This document shows positions 18,464 through 29,100 of a stretch of DNA of 64,000 nucleotides, in pieces (the stretch's first letter is position 1; the number at the start of each line of letters is the position of its first letter). The notes beneath the pieces are model-generated. The model worked only from the letters and a program-made list of their open reading frames with translations, searched no databases and had not been told where the DNA came from. The stretch covers positions 47,454-111,453 of the forward strand of contig JBBRPR010000014.1 in NCBI GenBank assembly GCA_038227875.1, in the 5' to 3' direction. The stretch comes from Planctomycetota bacterium. Its GTDB lineage: Bacteria; Planctomycetota; SZUA-567; H5-PLA8. A program made the translations under genes and the position numbers.

Positions 18464-19531
18464 TCACGCGAGTAGACGCGTGAAGTAGACGCCGCGGTCG
18501 AGCAACTGCTGGAGGTACTCGGCGTTGGCGATCGTGACGGCTTCGTCGCGCCAGTTGAGCTCGGAAAGTTCCACCACGAATCCGCGCTCGTGCATCCGTA
18601 TTTGGGCGTTGAGGCATTGGAAGCGATCGAGCAGCCGGCGGTGTTCCTCCGGCTCGTCCTCGACGCTCCATTTCCGCCTGGGCGCCGGTGCGGGGACCGG
18701 TTTCCGCAGCGCCTTCGCCAACTCGCTTTTGCTCAGCGCGAGGAGGCGGAGTTGCTCCGGGTGGGGGAGGGCTGCGATCTTGGCGGCGGGGACCACCGTG
18801 ATCACGCCTTGATCCACGCGGGAGATCAACTCCGGAACGCCTTTCTGCAGGACAATGCAAGCACGCGAAACACTCCTGCCGGAAATGTTGAGACATTTGC
18901 CTGCATGCTCGCGAGCTTGTCGACCTTCAGGGGAGGACTCAGGACTCAAGTCCTGAGTCCCCTCAACCTTTCTTAGGTGCTCTTTCTTCTGCACTTCCGC
19001 CTCAAAATGCGGCAACATGCGCGCGGCCACCATCGCGCGCTGATTTTCCTTGAGGTGCCGTCGCCGCAGGTTGACCGAGATGACGAACTCGAGCAGCGAG
19101 CCTTGGCCGTCCCATTCGCGCGTTTTGGGTGTGAGGCCCAGTTCCTTGCACGCGCGGAGGCGGTGGCGTCCGTCGATGACTTTGCCGTTCCACGTCCAGA
19201 TGGCCTCGAGCTGGCCCCGTTCGCGGATGTCGGCGACGAGCGCCGCATAATCGGCCTCGCGCATCAACGGAAAGATCGCCGCCGTCTCGTGCACTCCTTC
19301 GACAGGCTCAGGACGGGCCCCTTCGACAGGCTCAGGGCAAGCCCCGTCGATAGGCTCAGGGCTGATTCCCCTTACTGGCGGCGGGCTGGCCCAGGGATCC
19401 GGCTCCGGGCCAACGGACTGTTGCGCCTGCGGGGCAGGCATGGCTAGAGGCTCAGTGCGAGCCCCTTCGGCCAGCACAGGGCTGGCCCCTTCAATAAGCT
19501 CATGGCGAGCTTCGTGGTGAGGGCGGTCCAT
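18464..19531 (-). CDS. ParB/Srx-like N-terminal (nuclease-type) domain protein with HTH-like middle region
   Basis: AAIFPLMREADYAALVADIRERGQLEAIWTWNGKVIDGRHRLRACKELGL is a ParB-like N-domain with a DGRHR motif. ATG 19531 has AGGAGG 9 nt upstream. The N-terminal ~80 aa are encoded by degenerate 24-bp repeats (PEPIDGACPEPVEGARPEPVEG). Confidence 0.7.
   Translation of the reverse strand: MDRPHHEARHELIEGASPVLAEGARTEPLAMPAPQAQQSVGPEPDPWASPPPVRGISPEPIDGACPEPVEGARPEPVEGVHETAAIFPLMREADYAALVADIRERGQLEAIWTWNGKVIDGRHRLRACKELGLTPKTREWDGQGSLLEFVISVNLRRRHLKENQRAMVAARMLPHFEAEVQKKEHLRKVEGTQDLSPESSPEGRQAREHAGKCLNISGRSVSRACIVLQKGVPELISRVDQGVITVVPAAKIAALPHPEQLRLLALSKSELAKALRKPVPAPAPRRKWSVEDEPEEHRRLLDRFQCLNAQIRMHERGFVVELSELNWRDEAVTIANAEYLQQLLDRGVYFTRLLA
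19296..19367. repeat. three tandem 24-bp units inside the 5' end of the ParB-like CDS; degenerate copies continue to about 19515
   Basis: CCTTCGACAGGCTCAGGACGGGCC / CCTTCGACAGGCTCAGGGCAAGCC / CCGTCGATAGGCTCAGGGCTGATT. The period of 24 is divisible by 3. The minus frame reads PEPVEG-type peptides and the plus frame reads FDRLR-type peptides. Confidence 0.8.
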
Positions 19532-19867
19532 GGCGGACTACCTCCTGACAAGAGTGGTCTTCATCTGAAGAACCGAGTTACTAGAGTATACGCCTAAGAT
19601 AATACTAAATTCAATAAAAAACCGAGAAAATATGTTTCAATTTTGCCGGCGCGTTCATAAATTAAACTTCTTACCGGGTTTACGATCTAAAATTTTTATG
19701 CATCGAGACCCCACGATTGCGCTCTTTCCAGCTACCTCTTTCCGCCTTGATTATCGCGTCCCGCCGGTGATACACCCGTATGCTCCATTCTTTGAGTTTC
19801 GGTAAAATAGGTGTATTGGATTGTACGTTTACGTTGTATTCGCCGTTCCAAGTTTGAGGTCGTCCCC

Positions 19868-21400
19868 ATGAATCGGTGTGCGCGGATACTGCTGGCGGGT
19901 TTGCTGTTTGGGCTGGGCTGCAGCGCCCCGGCCAGCGAGCCGGTGTTGCTGGGAGCGTCCACGTTCGCGCCGTCGGCCGACCACCCCGTCGGCTGGCGCG
20001 GCGATTGGACGGGGAAATATCCGGGCGCCACGCCGCCTCTGGAATGGTCAATCGGCAAGGATTTGAAGGGAAAAAATATCGCCTGGGCCACGCAACTTCC
20101 GGTGTACTGCGGCGGCAGCGGCGCTTCGGCGCCGATCGTGGTGGGTGAGCGGATTTATTTCTGCTTCGCGTCGAAGGACGCCGGACTGGGGCCGGTCAGT
20201 CTCTGCTGCATCAACAGCACGGATGGGAAGATTCTGTGGATCCGGGGACTCACGTGTTACGACGTCGCGCCGGACGAGGACCGCAAGAAAGTCGCCGCTG
20301 CCGTCGATCCGCTGCGCGCGACGCTGGAGAAAAACACGCTCGCGCTGGTCGATGCGCTCAACAAGCGCACCGCCAACGCCGGTGACTGGCACAAGAATGC
20401 CGTCGGTCAGTACATCGACGCGGGGTGGGGGATCAACGCGCAGTTCGCCACCGTCGATCGCTCCCGCTACAAGATGGGCGATCGCAACGACTGGGGCTAT
20501 GCCTCCGCGGCGCCGTGCAGCGACGGAAAATTCATCTATGTCTGGTTCTCCAACCGCATCGGCGCGTGTTTCGATCTCGATGGAAAATTGATCTGGGCGA
20601 CGATGGAACCGACCGCCGTGCGCGGCGCCGGCGAACACGGCAGCCACGCCTCACCGGTGCTGCTGCCCGACCGCTTCGTGGTGATGTACGGGACGCTGGT
20701 CCAGGCGCTGGACAAGAAGACCGGCAAGGTGCTGTGGACGTCGGAAGCCGAAGGTTCGTGGGGCCTGCCGCAGAGTTCGCTGACGGCCACGAAACTTTCC
20801 GACTGCTACCTGATTCTCGTGGCGCAGGGCCAGGGACTCCGCGCCGACACCGGCGTTTCCTTGTGGGGAAAATTTGGCGGCTATGCCGGCGAAAACACCA
20901 CACCCGTGGTCGAAAACGGCACGCTCGCCACGTACGAACGCAGTGGCATCAGCACGTTCAAGCTGCCCACGGCCATCGCGGGCGGAACGATCACGCCGAC
21001 GGCCGCGTACAAATTCGCCACGCAGTTCGTCGACTACCAGATCGCTTCACCGCTGGTTTACGACGGACTGGTTTACTGCGTCAACGAAACCGGCAAGCTC
21101 CGCGTCTTCGATCCGGCGGAGAAAGGCACGCTGCTCTACGAACAGCAACTGGAGCTGAAAGGCGAGCACGGTTGGGTCGGCGCGCCGGGCGTGAGCGCCA
21201 GTCCGGCCATCGCGGGGAAAAATCTGTATGTGATGGACAACCAGGGCACGGTGGTGGTGCTGGAACCCGGCCGCACGTACAAGCCGCTGGCGCACAACGT
21301 CAGCGAAGCCGGCGACCAGATGGTCGTCTCGCCGGTCTTCAGCGGCAAGCGCGTGATCATGCGCGGGCAGCAGAACATTTACTGTGTCACCGCGCCTTAG
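19868..21400 (+). CDS. PQQ-like/BamB-like beta-propeller lipoprotein
   Basis: ATG 19868 gives MNRCARILLAGLLFGLGCSAP (lipobox LGC). Repeated propeller-blade signatures: SAPIVVGERIYF, SDGKFIYVWF, SPLVYDGLVYCVNETGKLRVFD, SPAIAGKNLYVMDNQGTVVVL, SPVFSGKRVIMRG. Confidence 0.7.
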   Translation: MNRCARILLAGLLFGLGCSAPASEPVLLGASTFAPSADHPVGWRGDWTGKYPGATPPLEWSIGKDLKGKNIAWATQLPVYCGGSGASAPIVVGERIYFCFASKDAGLGPVSLCCINSTDGKILWIRGLTCYDVAPDEDRKKVAAAVDPLRATLEKNTLALVDALNKRTANAGDWHKNAVGQYIDAGWGINAQFATVDRSRYKMGDRNDWGYASAAPCSDGKFIYVWFSNRIGACFDLDGKLIWATMEPTAVRGAGEHGSHASPVLLPDRFVVMYGTLVQALDKKTGKVLWTSEAEGSWGLPQSSLTATKLSDCYLILVAQGQGLRADTGVSLWGKFGGYAGENTTPVVENGTLATYERSGISTFKLPTAIAGGTITPTAAYKFATQFVDYQIASPLVYDGLVYCVNETGKLRVFDPAEKGTLLYEQQLELKGEHGWVGAPGVSASPAIAGKNLYVMDNQGTVVVLEPGRTYKPLAHNVSEAGDQMVVSPVFSGKRVIMRGQQNIYCVTAP

Positions 21401-21478
21401 CCTTTTTGAAAGCGTTCGCCTCTTGATCTTTCGCTTTTCACGCCGTAGCGTCAGCGGAAGACCTCAAGGAAGAATCCC

Positions 21479-22150
21479 ATGGCGATGATCGCTTTCACGC
21501 GCAACTACCACGACCATTCCAACAACACCGGCTACCAGTTCGAATTCTTCTGCGACAAATGCGGCAACGGGCACCGTTCGCATTTCAAAGCCAGCAAGCT
21601 CGGCATGGCCGGCGAATTCATGCGCGCTGCGGGTAGTTTGTTCGGCGGCGCGTTCGGCAGCGCAGCCAGCGCCAGCGATCACATCAAGGACGCGCTACGC
21701 GGCCCGGCGTGGGACGACGCGTACAACCAGTGCGTCGAGGAAGCCAAGAGCCACTTCAAGCAGTGTACTCATTGTGGCAAGTGGGTCTGCCCGGAAGTGT
21801 GCTGGAACGCCGACCGCGGACAGTGCAAAGACTGCTCCCCGGACCTGATCGAGGAAGCGACGTCGGCCCAGGCTCACGCCGCCAAGGAACAAGTCCAGGA
21901 AAAAGCGCGCGCCAGCGATCAGACCGATGGGTTGGACCTGACCAAGCACATCTCGGTTCCCGCGCCGGCACCCGCTGCGCCTGCGCCGCACCTCTTGACC
22001 TGCCCGAGCTGCCACGCGGCGGGGCAGAGCGGAAAATTCTGCGCCGAATGCGGCAAGCCGCTGGTTCCGCCGAAAACCGAATGCGGCACGTGCCACGCCA
22101 AGCTGGAAGCCAACGCGAAATTCTGCGGGGAGTGCGGCGCGAAAGTGTAG
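21479..22150 (+). CDS. zinc-ribbon domain protein
   Basis: Several CxxC pairs: FFCDKCGNG, CTHCGKWVCPEVCWNADRGQCKDC. C-terminal double zinc ribbon CPSCHAAGQSGKFCAECGKPLVPPKTECGTCHAKLEANAKFCGECGAKV. Confidence 0.7.
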   Translation: MAMIAFTRNYHDHSNNTGYQFEFFCDKCGNGHRSHFKASKLGMAGEFMRAAGSLFGGAFGSAASASDHIKDALRGPAWDDAYNQCVEEAKSHFKQCTHCGKWVCPEVCWNADRGQCKDCSPDLIEEATSAQAHAAKEQVQEKARASDQTDGLDLTKHISVPAPAPAAPAPHLLTCPSCHAAGQSGKFCAECGKPLVPPKTECGTCHAKLEANAKFCGECGAKV

Positions 22151-22195
22151 TTCGCGTTGTTTGAGCAGTGGGGATATGGAGCCGCGGGATGATGG

Positions 22196-22813
22196 ATGTT
22201 TTTTGACTGCGTCAAATTATGGACGCGGCTGGGCGCGCAGTCGGACGCCGCGCCGGTGTTCCAGGACCTGCACACCCGCTACGCCGAGCGGCATCGGTAC
22301 TATCACAATCTCAAGCATATCGGCGCCGTGCTGGTGGAATTCGCCTCGGCGCGGGAATTCTGCGCGCATCCCGATGACGTGGAAGTGGCGGCCTGGTTTC
22401 ACGACGCGATTTACGATCCGAAAGCGAAGGACAACGAAGAACAGAGCGCCAAGCTCTGCGCGCACGCGCTGCTTAACGGCCGCGTCCATTCGGAGATCAT
22501 CACCCGCGTCCACGCACTGATCCTGGCGACGAAGCACACGGCGGTGCCGGCGAATTCCGACGCCGCGGTGCTGGTCGATGCCGATCTGTCGATCCTGGGA
22601 CAGCCGAAGGCCGATTTCGACGCGTACGAAGTTGCGATCCGGCAGGAGTATGCGTGGGTCGACGAGGCCGCGTTCCGCGAAGGCCGCGCCGCCATCCTGC
22701 AATCGTTCCTGGACCGCCCGAAGATTTTCACCACCGATTTTTTCGCGGGACGCTATGAGGCGGAGGCGCGGAAGAATTTGAGGCGCTCGCTCAGGGTGTT
22801 GAGGGCGAAGTGA
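22196..22813 (+). CDS. HD-superfamily metal-dependent phosphohydrolase-like protein (COG4339-type)
   Basis: YHNLKHIGAVL...AAWFHDAIYDP...DADLSILG pattern (an H...HD...D arrangement). Confidence 0.55.
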   Translation: MFFDCVKLWTRLGAQSDAAPVFQDLHTRYAERHRYYHNLKHIGAVLVEFASAREFCAHPDDVEVAAWFHDAIYDPKAKDNEEQSAKLCAHALLNGRVHSEIITRVHALILATKHTAVPANSDAAVLVDADLSILGQPKADFDAYEVAIRQEYAWVDEAAFREGRAAILQSFLDRPKIFTTDFFAGRYEAEARKNLRRSLRVLRAK

Positions 22814-23143
22814 GCGGATTGCGTGCGGACGTTGTAACCGAATGGCGACGTGGTGTTGCGCTCGGCTCGGCGCTACGCTCTGCGCTCCGCTCGGCGTGCT
22901 GTGCTAGGTACTCTTCACTTCAAAATTGATAATTCAAAATTGCTCACCGTTGCAGCCGGAGTCTTCGCGGCGGGTGCTCGTGCGGGTGCGCCAATTCTGC
23001 AATGCATTTTCCCCTGCGTGGGAACGCGGGGTGACTTAGGCCGCATTGTTCACCTATGACCTTTATTCCCCACGGATGGCATGGAGGGTGCCCGAAGGTC
23101 GAGCGCATTGCGATTTTGTGCGCTCTAAGTGGAGGAGCATGCC

Positions 23144-26100
23144 ATGCTTCACCTTCCATCTCGGGTCCATCCCGTCACGCTCACGGCTCTCTTTTCATTC
23201 TGCTTCTTCGCGGCGATTCCGGCGTGGGGCGCCAGCGCGCCGCCGTTTCGGGTGCCGCAACTTCCGACCAACGGACAGCAACCGGGGCCGATCGCAACTC
23301 TGGGAAACGGATACATCGCCATTCCGTACCAGGACCTGAGTAACCCCGCTCTGTTCAATCAAGTGGGTGTCAGTGTGTTTGATACCAATGGCGTGCGGGT
23401 CGGCGCGGAGATCATCGATCCCACGGCGCTCAATTATTCACCGGCGGCGGTGGCCGGCAGCGCCAGTAATACCTTCTGGGTGGTGTCCGATGTCTTCGAC
23501 TTAAACAATCCTCCCGGTATGGGCAACTTCACCCGGATCATCGCCACGCTTTACACGGTCAGCGGCAACACCGTTACGCGCGGCGTGGTCAAGACGATTG
23601 TCGACGACAGTTTCGACGGCTCCGACGACGAATCGGTCTCCGTCGCGCGACTGGCGAATGGAAATTACGTCGTCGCGTGGGGACATACCTCGGCGGATTT
23701 CGGCAGCGGTTCCACCCAAACGCGGACTTTCGACAGCAACTTTGCGCCGCTGAGTCCCCGCACCACGATCAGCTCGGGAGCGACCAGCACGCCGTTTACC
23801 TTCGAAGTCTCCGTCACGTCCAACGGGACGAACGTCGACGTGACGTATAAGCCCAATTCCAACACCGGAATTTATGGTGTGGCGTTCACGGTGAACTCCG
23901 GCGGCGCGATTTCAGGCATCTCCGCGCCGGTCAACGTCTCAGCGGCGCTGGGCGGCAATCAGTCCTGGGGGCATCAGGAGCTGCCCGACGGAACAATTGT
24001 GGTTTTGTACAATACGCCGCAGGTGGGCGCGACCGGTGGCGATATGTACGGCGCCATCTTCGGCGCGGGGTTCTCCGGGACGCCGTCGACGTTCCTGATC
24101 GCCACGGGCACGCCGGTGCCGCCCAACGGCGTGTATCAACCCGTGAGCGCGCAGGCGACGCTTTTTCCCAATGGCGGATTCATCGTGACGTACGCGCGGC
24201 CGACCGGCGGGCACCAGGCGGAGATTTACGCGCGGTTCTACGATTCGAATCACGCGCCACTGACCAACGAGTTCCTGGTCACCGTTCCGCAGGGCACGCC
24301 GGCCAACGGTGTTGAGAATCTGCGGCCGTATGTGACATCCGGAGTCGCGGGAGGCGGCGGGCTGGCGATTGCGTGGATGACGATGGACTTCACCGCCAGT
24401 TCCAACCCGAACACGGATGTGTACGCGCGGGTCTATGCCGACATCGGCCCGACCTCCAGCGGCGGAACGTCGTCGCTGGCAGCAGCGCTGGAAGATTCCA
24501 ATCCGACTGGAGCCTCCGTCTCCTCGCTGATCACGGGGAATCAATACAAATCGATGCTGAATCATCCGTTCGCCGGCGTGGCGGTGGTGGGCAATGCGGC
24601 GACGGCGCCGCAGGGTCAGTGGCAATATTCTTCGAATGCCGGAGCGTCCTGGAGCAGTGTGGCGACGACCGTCTCCGCAACCAACGCCACGATCATCGGC
24701 GCGGGCGATTTGATCCGCTTCCAACCCAGCAGCAATTGGAACGGAACGCCGGGCGCTCTGACTGTGCGCGTCTGGGACGGGCAGGATGGCTTCGTCGCCG
24801 ACTCCACGGCGCAGAACATTTCTCAATACATTTTTGATACGAGCGGAATCACGCAGACGACAGCGTCGTTCACCGGAGCTTTTGCCGGAACGACTGTTTT
24901 CTTCGCTACCAGCATCACGGCGGTGAACGACGCGCCAATGACGACGGGAAGTGCGGTGACATTGACCGCGATCAACGAAGACACGCTGAATCCTGCCGGA
25001 CAAGCGGTCTCGTCGGCGGTTGCGGCGCTGTTCTCTGATGCGACAGACGCGGTCGCGGGCGGGTCGTCGGCCAATACGCTGGCCGGCATCGCGATTTCCG
25101 GAAATGCGGAAGCGGGGGAAGGCACGTGGCAGTGGTTCAACGGTTCTTCGTTCGTCAACGTGGGAACGTCGGTCTCCAACAGTTCGGCGCTGATCCTGGC
25201 TGCGGGAACCACCGTGCGCTTCGTTCCGGCGCTGAATTTCAATGGCGCGGCACCACAGCTCACGGCGCGTCTGATCGACAATTCCAGCGGTGCGGTGACG
25301 GCGGGAAGCACGGTAAACTTCGTCGCGACGGGAACTGGCGGGACCACGCCATACAGCGCGGCGACGTTTGGAATCGGCGAGGTGATCAATCCCGTCAACG
25401 ATCCGCCCGTGCTGGTCAACACCGCCACGCCTGTGGCTGCCACCGAGCAGACTGCGGCGCTGCTCAGCAGCACCATCACGGTCAGCGACGTGGAACTGGA
25501 TGCGTTGAACGGCGGGGCGGGGGACTATGCCGGTGCCACACTGACTGTCGCGCGGCTGGTGGGGCAGATGCCGGAGGACGTGTTCGGCTTCGATCCGGCC
25601 GGCGCGGGGTTCACGATCTCAAGTGGGAACCTGCAAAGTGGCGGGCTGTCTTTTGGATCGTTCACCAGCGGGTCGGGTGTGTTGAACATCACATTCACCA
25701 GTTCTGGAACCGCTGCGACCCAGGCCTTGGTGCGCAGCGTTTTGCAGCACATCACGTATACCAACACCAGCGACGATCCGCCGGCGACCGTCTCGTTTAC
25801 CTATGTTTTTCACGACGGCAATACCGGCAGCCAGGGTTCTGGCGGTACGCTGGTCGGACAGGCTGTGGCCGTGGTGAATATCGCGGGGGTCAACGACGCG
25901 CCGTGGGTGACCGTACCCCTTGGCATTCAGACGGCGCTTAAAGAGGCCGACGCGCCGATCGTTGGAATTGTCTGCTACGATTTGGATGCGGGTGCCGGCT
26001 CGATCACCGCGACGTTGTTTGTCTCCCACGGCACGCTGAATGTCGTGGCCAGCGGCGGCGCGTCGATCACCGGCAATTCGACGGGGACGCTCACGATCAG

Positions 26101-29100
26101 CGGCACGCTCACGCAGGTCAACACAGCGCTCACCGCCTTCAACAATTTCCTATACCACGGTAATGCTGGATACACGGGCGTGGATCAGGTGAGCATTAAT
26201 GTCAACGACAACGGCAACACGGGAGCCGGCGGACCGCTGCAGGCGCAGGGCAGCATCACGCTATACGTGGTCGAGCCGGTGACGGTGACCAGCGGCAACC
26301 TTGCGACATTCACCGTCGGGTTACCGGGGACGTTCACGGTGACCACCAGCGCGTCGTTCCCCACCGCGGCCTTGAGTGAAGTCGGCGCGCTGCCTGCAGG
26401 GGTGACGTTCGTCGACAACGGCGACGGCACCGCGACACTCAGCGGCACGCCAGGTCCAGGAACCGGCGGGGTTTACCCATTGGTCATTGCTGCCCTGAAT
26501 GGCGTGCCGCCGGTCGCACTCCAGAATTTCACGCTCTCGGTCAATCAGGCGCCGACGTTCACCAGCGCCAATGCCTTCTCCTTTGTCGCCGGACAACTGG
26601 GACAATTCTATGTCACCACCGGGCCGGATTACCCCACCGCCACGACGCTTACCTGTGCGGAACCATTGCCCATTGGCCTGCATTTCCACGATCTCCATAA
26701 CGGCACAGCGTTCCTGGTCGGAATAGCGAATGCCGGAACCGGCGGCGTGTACACGCTGCATTTCACCGCCAGCAACGGAGTTGCTCCGGACGCGACGCAA
26801 ACGTTTACGCTGACGGTTTACGAAGCGCCCACGATCAGCAGTGTTGACTCCGCCACATTCACGGCGGGGGTGGCTGGGACCTTTACGGTGACGACCGCGC
26901 ACTGTTACCCCGTGGCCTCGTTTATGCTGATGCCCTCGTTGCCTGCAGGCTTGAACTTTGTAGACGCGGGAGATGGCACGGCCACGATCAGTGGAACCCC
27001 AGCGTCGGGATTCAGCGGAATTCACCCGCAATTAATTCTGGCCAACAACGGCGTTTCGCCCCTCGGAGCACAAACACTTATTCTCACGATCAATGAGGGC
27101 CCGTCGATCACCAGCAATACCACCACCACATTTACCGTGGGAAGTCTGGGACAGTTCACCATCACCACCGGACTGCACTTCCCGCTAAATACGGTGCTCA
27201 GTTGTTCGGGCGCGCTGCCCGCGGGTGTTCATTTTATCGATGACTCAGACGGCACGGGGCGATTGATTGGAATTCCAAGCGCTGGTACCGGTGGCGCGTA
27301 CAGCCTCACGCTCACCGCCAGCAATGGCATCGTTCCAGATGGGACGCAGACGTTCACGCTCGTCGTCCGGGAAGCACCGCGGATCAGCAGCGCCGATACA
27401 GCCATGTTCACTGCCAGCCAGGCCGGAACGTTTACAATTACCACCGACCGCGGTTACCCGGCGCCTGCGCTGTCCATCACGGGCGCACTGCCGAGCGGCG
27501 TGAGCTGCGTGGATGCTGGCAACGGTACCGCGACGCTCAGCGGAACGCCGGCCGCGGGAACAGGCGGCGTTTACAGCGTCACGATCACCGCGCAGAATGG
27601 CATCTCGTCCAATGCGACTCAGAACTTCACGCTCACCGTCAATGAAGCGCCGTCGTTCACCAGCGCCAACGCGGCGACGTTCGTCGCCGGAGCCGCTCAT
27701 ACGTTCACCGTCACCACGGGGCATGCGTATCCGGCGGCCGTGACGGTCAGCTCGTCGGGAACCTTGCCGACGGGCGTGACCTTCACCGACAACGGCAACG
27801 GCACGGCGACTCTGGCCGGAACTCCCGCCGATGGCACGGGCGGTCTTTTCTCGCTGCCCTTCACCGCCAGCAACGGTATCGCGCCGGATGCGACGCAGAA
27901 CTTCATACTGACCGTCAATGAAGCGCCGACGATCACCAGCGCCAACGGGGCCACGTTCGCGGTGGGAAGCGCGGGCAGCTTTACGATCACCACCGGACAT
28001 TGCTACCCGGTGCCTGCGCTGTCGCAGCTGGGGTTCCTGATTCCGAATTTGAGCGTCGTGGATCGGGGCGACGGCACCGCGACGTTGAGCGGAACGCCGG
28101 CTGCTGAAACCGCGGGGGTGTTTACCTTCACGCTCGTCGCCAGCAATGGGGTGGCTCCCGATGCGCATCAGGTTTTCTTTCTGATCGTCAACGTGCCGAC
28201 AATCACGGTCTCTCCCACCACGTTGAAGAAGGGCACGGTGGGCACCCCGTACAGTCAGACCGTGTCGGCGGCGGGTGCCGGTTCGGTCGCGCCGTACAGC
28301 TTTGCCGTCTCGTCCGGTGCGCTGCCGGGCGGGCTGAACTTGTCGAGTGCCGGCGTGATCAGTGGGACGCCGACGACCAAGGGCGTCTTCACCTTTACGG
28401 TGCAGGCGACGGATTCCAGTGGTGGGTCCGGTCCTTATCAAGGCGCATCGGCGGTCACGATTCTGATCGACGAACGCACGCCGCCGGTGGTGACGCAGCA
28501 GCCTTCCGGAATCAGCATCTTCACTGGAATGACCGCGACGCTGACGGTGGCCGCCAGCGGCCAGTCGCTCAGCTATCAGTGGTATCAGGGCGGCAGCGGG
28601 GACACGAGCCAGCCCGTCGCTGGTGCGACCGGCAATGCGTTTACTACGCCTGCTCAGACGGTCACCACGTCGTACTGGGTGCGTGTCAGCAACTCGGGTG
28701 GCTTCACCGACAGCAATGCAGCGCTGGTTACCGTCGTGCCGCCGCCGCTGATCAATGGCGGTTCGCCCAGTGGCGAAGTGGGCACCGGTGGGCCGATCAT
28801 CAACGCGCAGATGCCGTTCAGCGTCGATGTTCCAGGCGGCACCACGGTGACCTGGAACTTCGGCGACGGCTCCACGGCAACCGGTTCCAGCGCCATCCAC
28901 ATCTACACTGCGCCAGGCACGTACACGGTGACGACGACGCTGACCGACCCAAGCGGCCAGCAGACGGCACAAACGTCGACGATCGTGATCAAGCCCACGC
29001 CGATGCGCATCACGTCGGGCAACTTCATTCTGAATTCCGGCAACGATCGCGCGATCCTGACGGGACTGGTTCACGTGGCGGGTGGTTCGGTGCTCAATCA

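Noticed and set aside
19296-19515. Possible CRISPR array, considered for the 24-bp repeats here and the 12-bp repeats at 34249-34320
   Set aside because: The repeats are directly adjacent with no spacers, are in frame inside CDSs, and no cas genes are present.
18464-19867. ParB-like gene plus AT-rich flank as a prophage, plasmid or integrative element
   Set aside because: No integrase, transposase, parA, phage structural genes, tRNA target or flanking direct repeats are visible in the window. The GC content of the gene itself matches the background.
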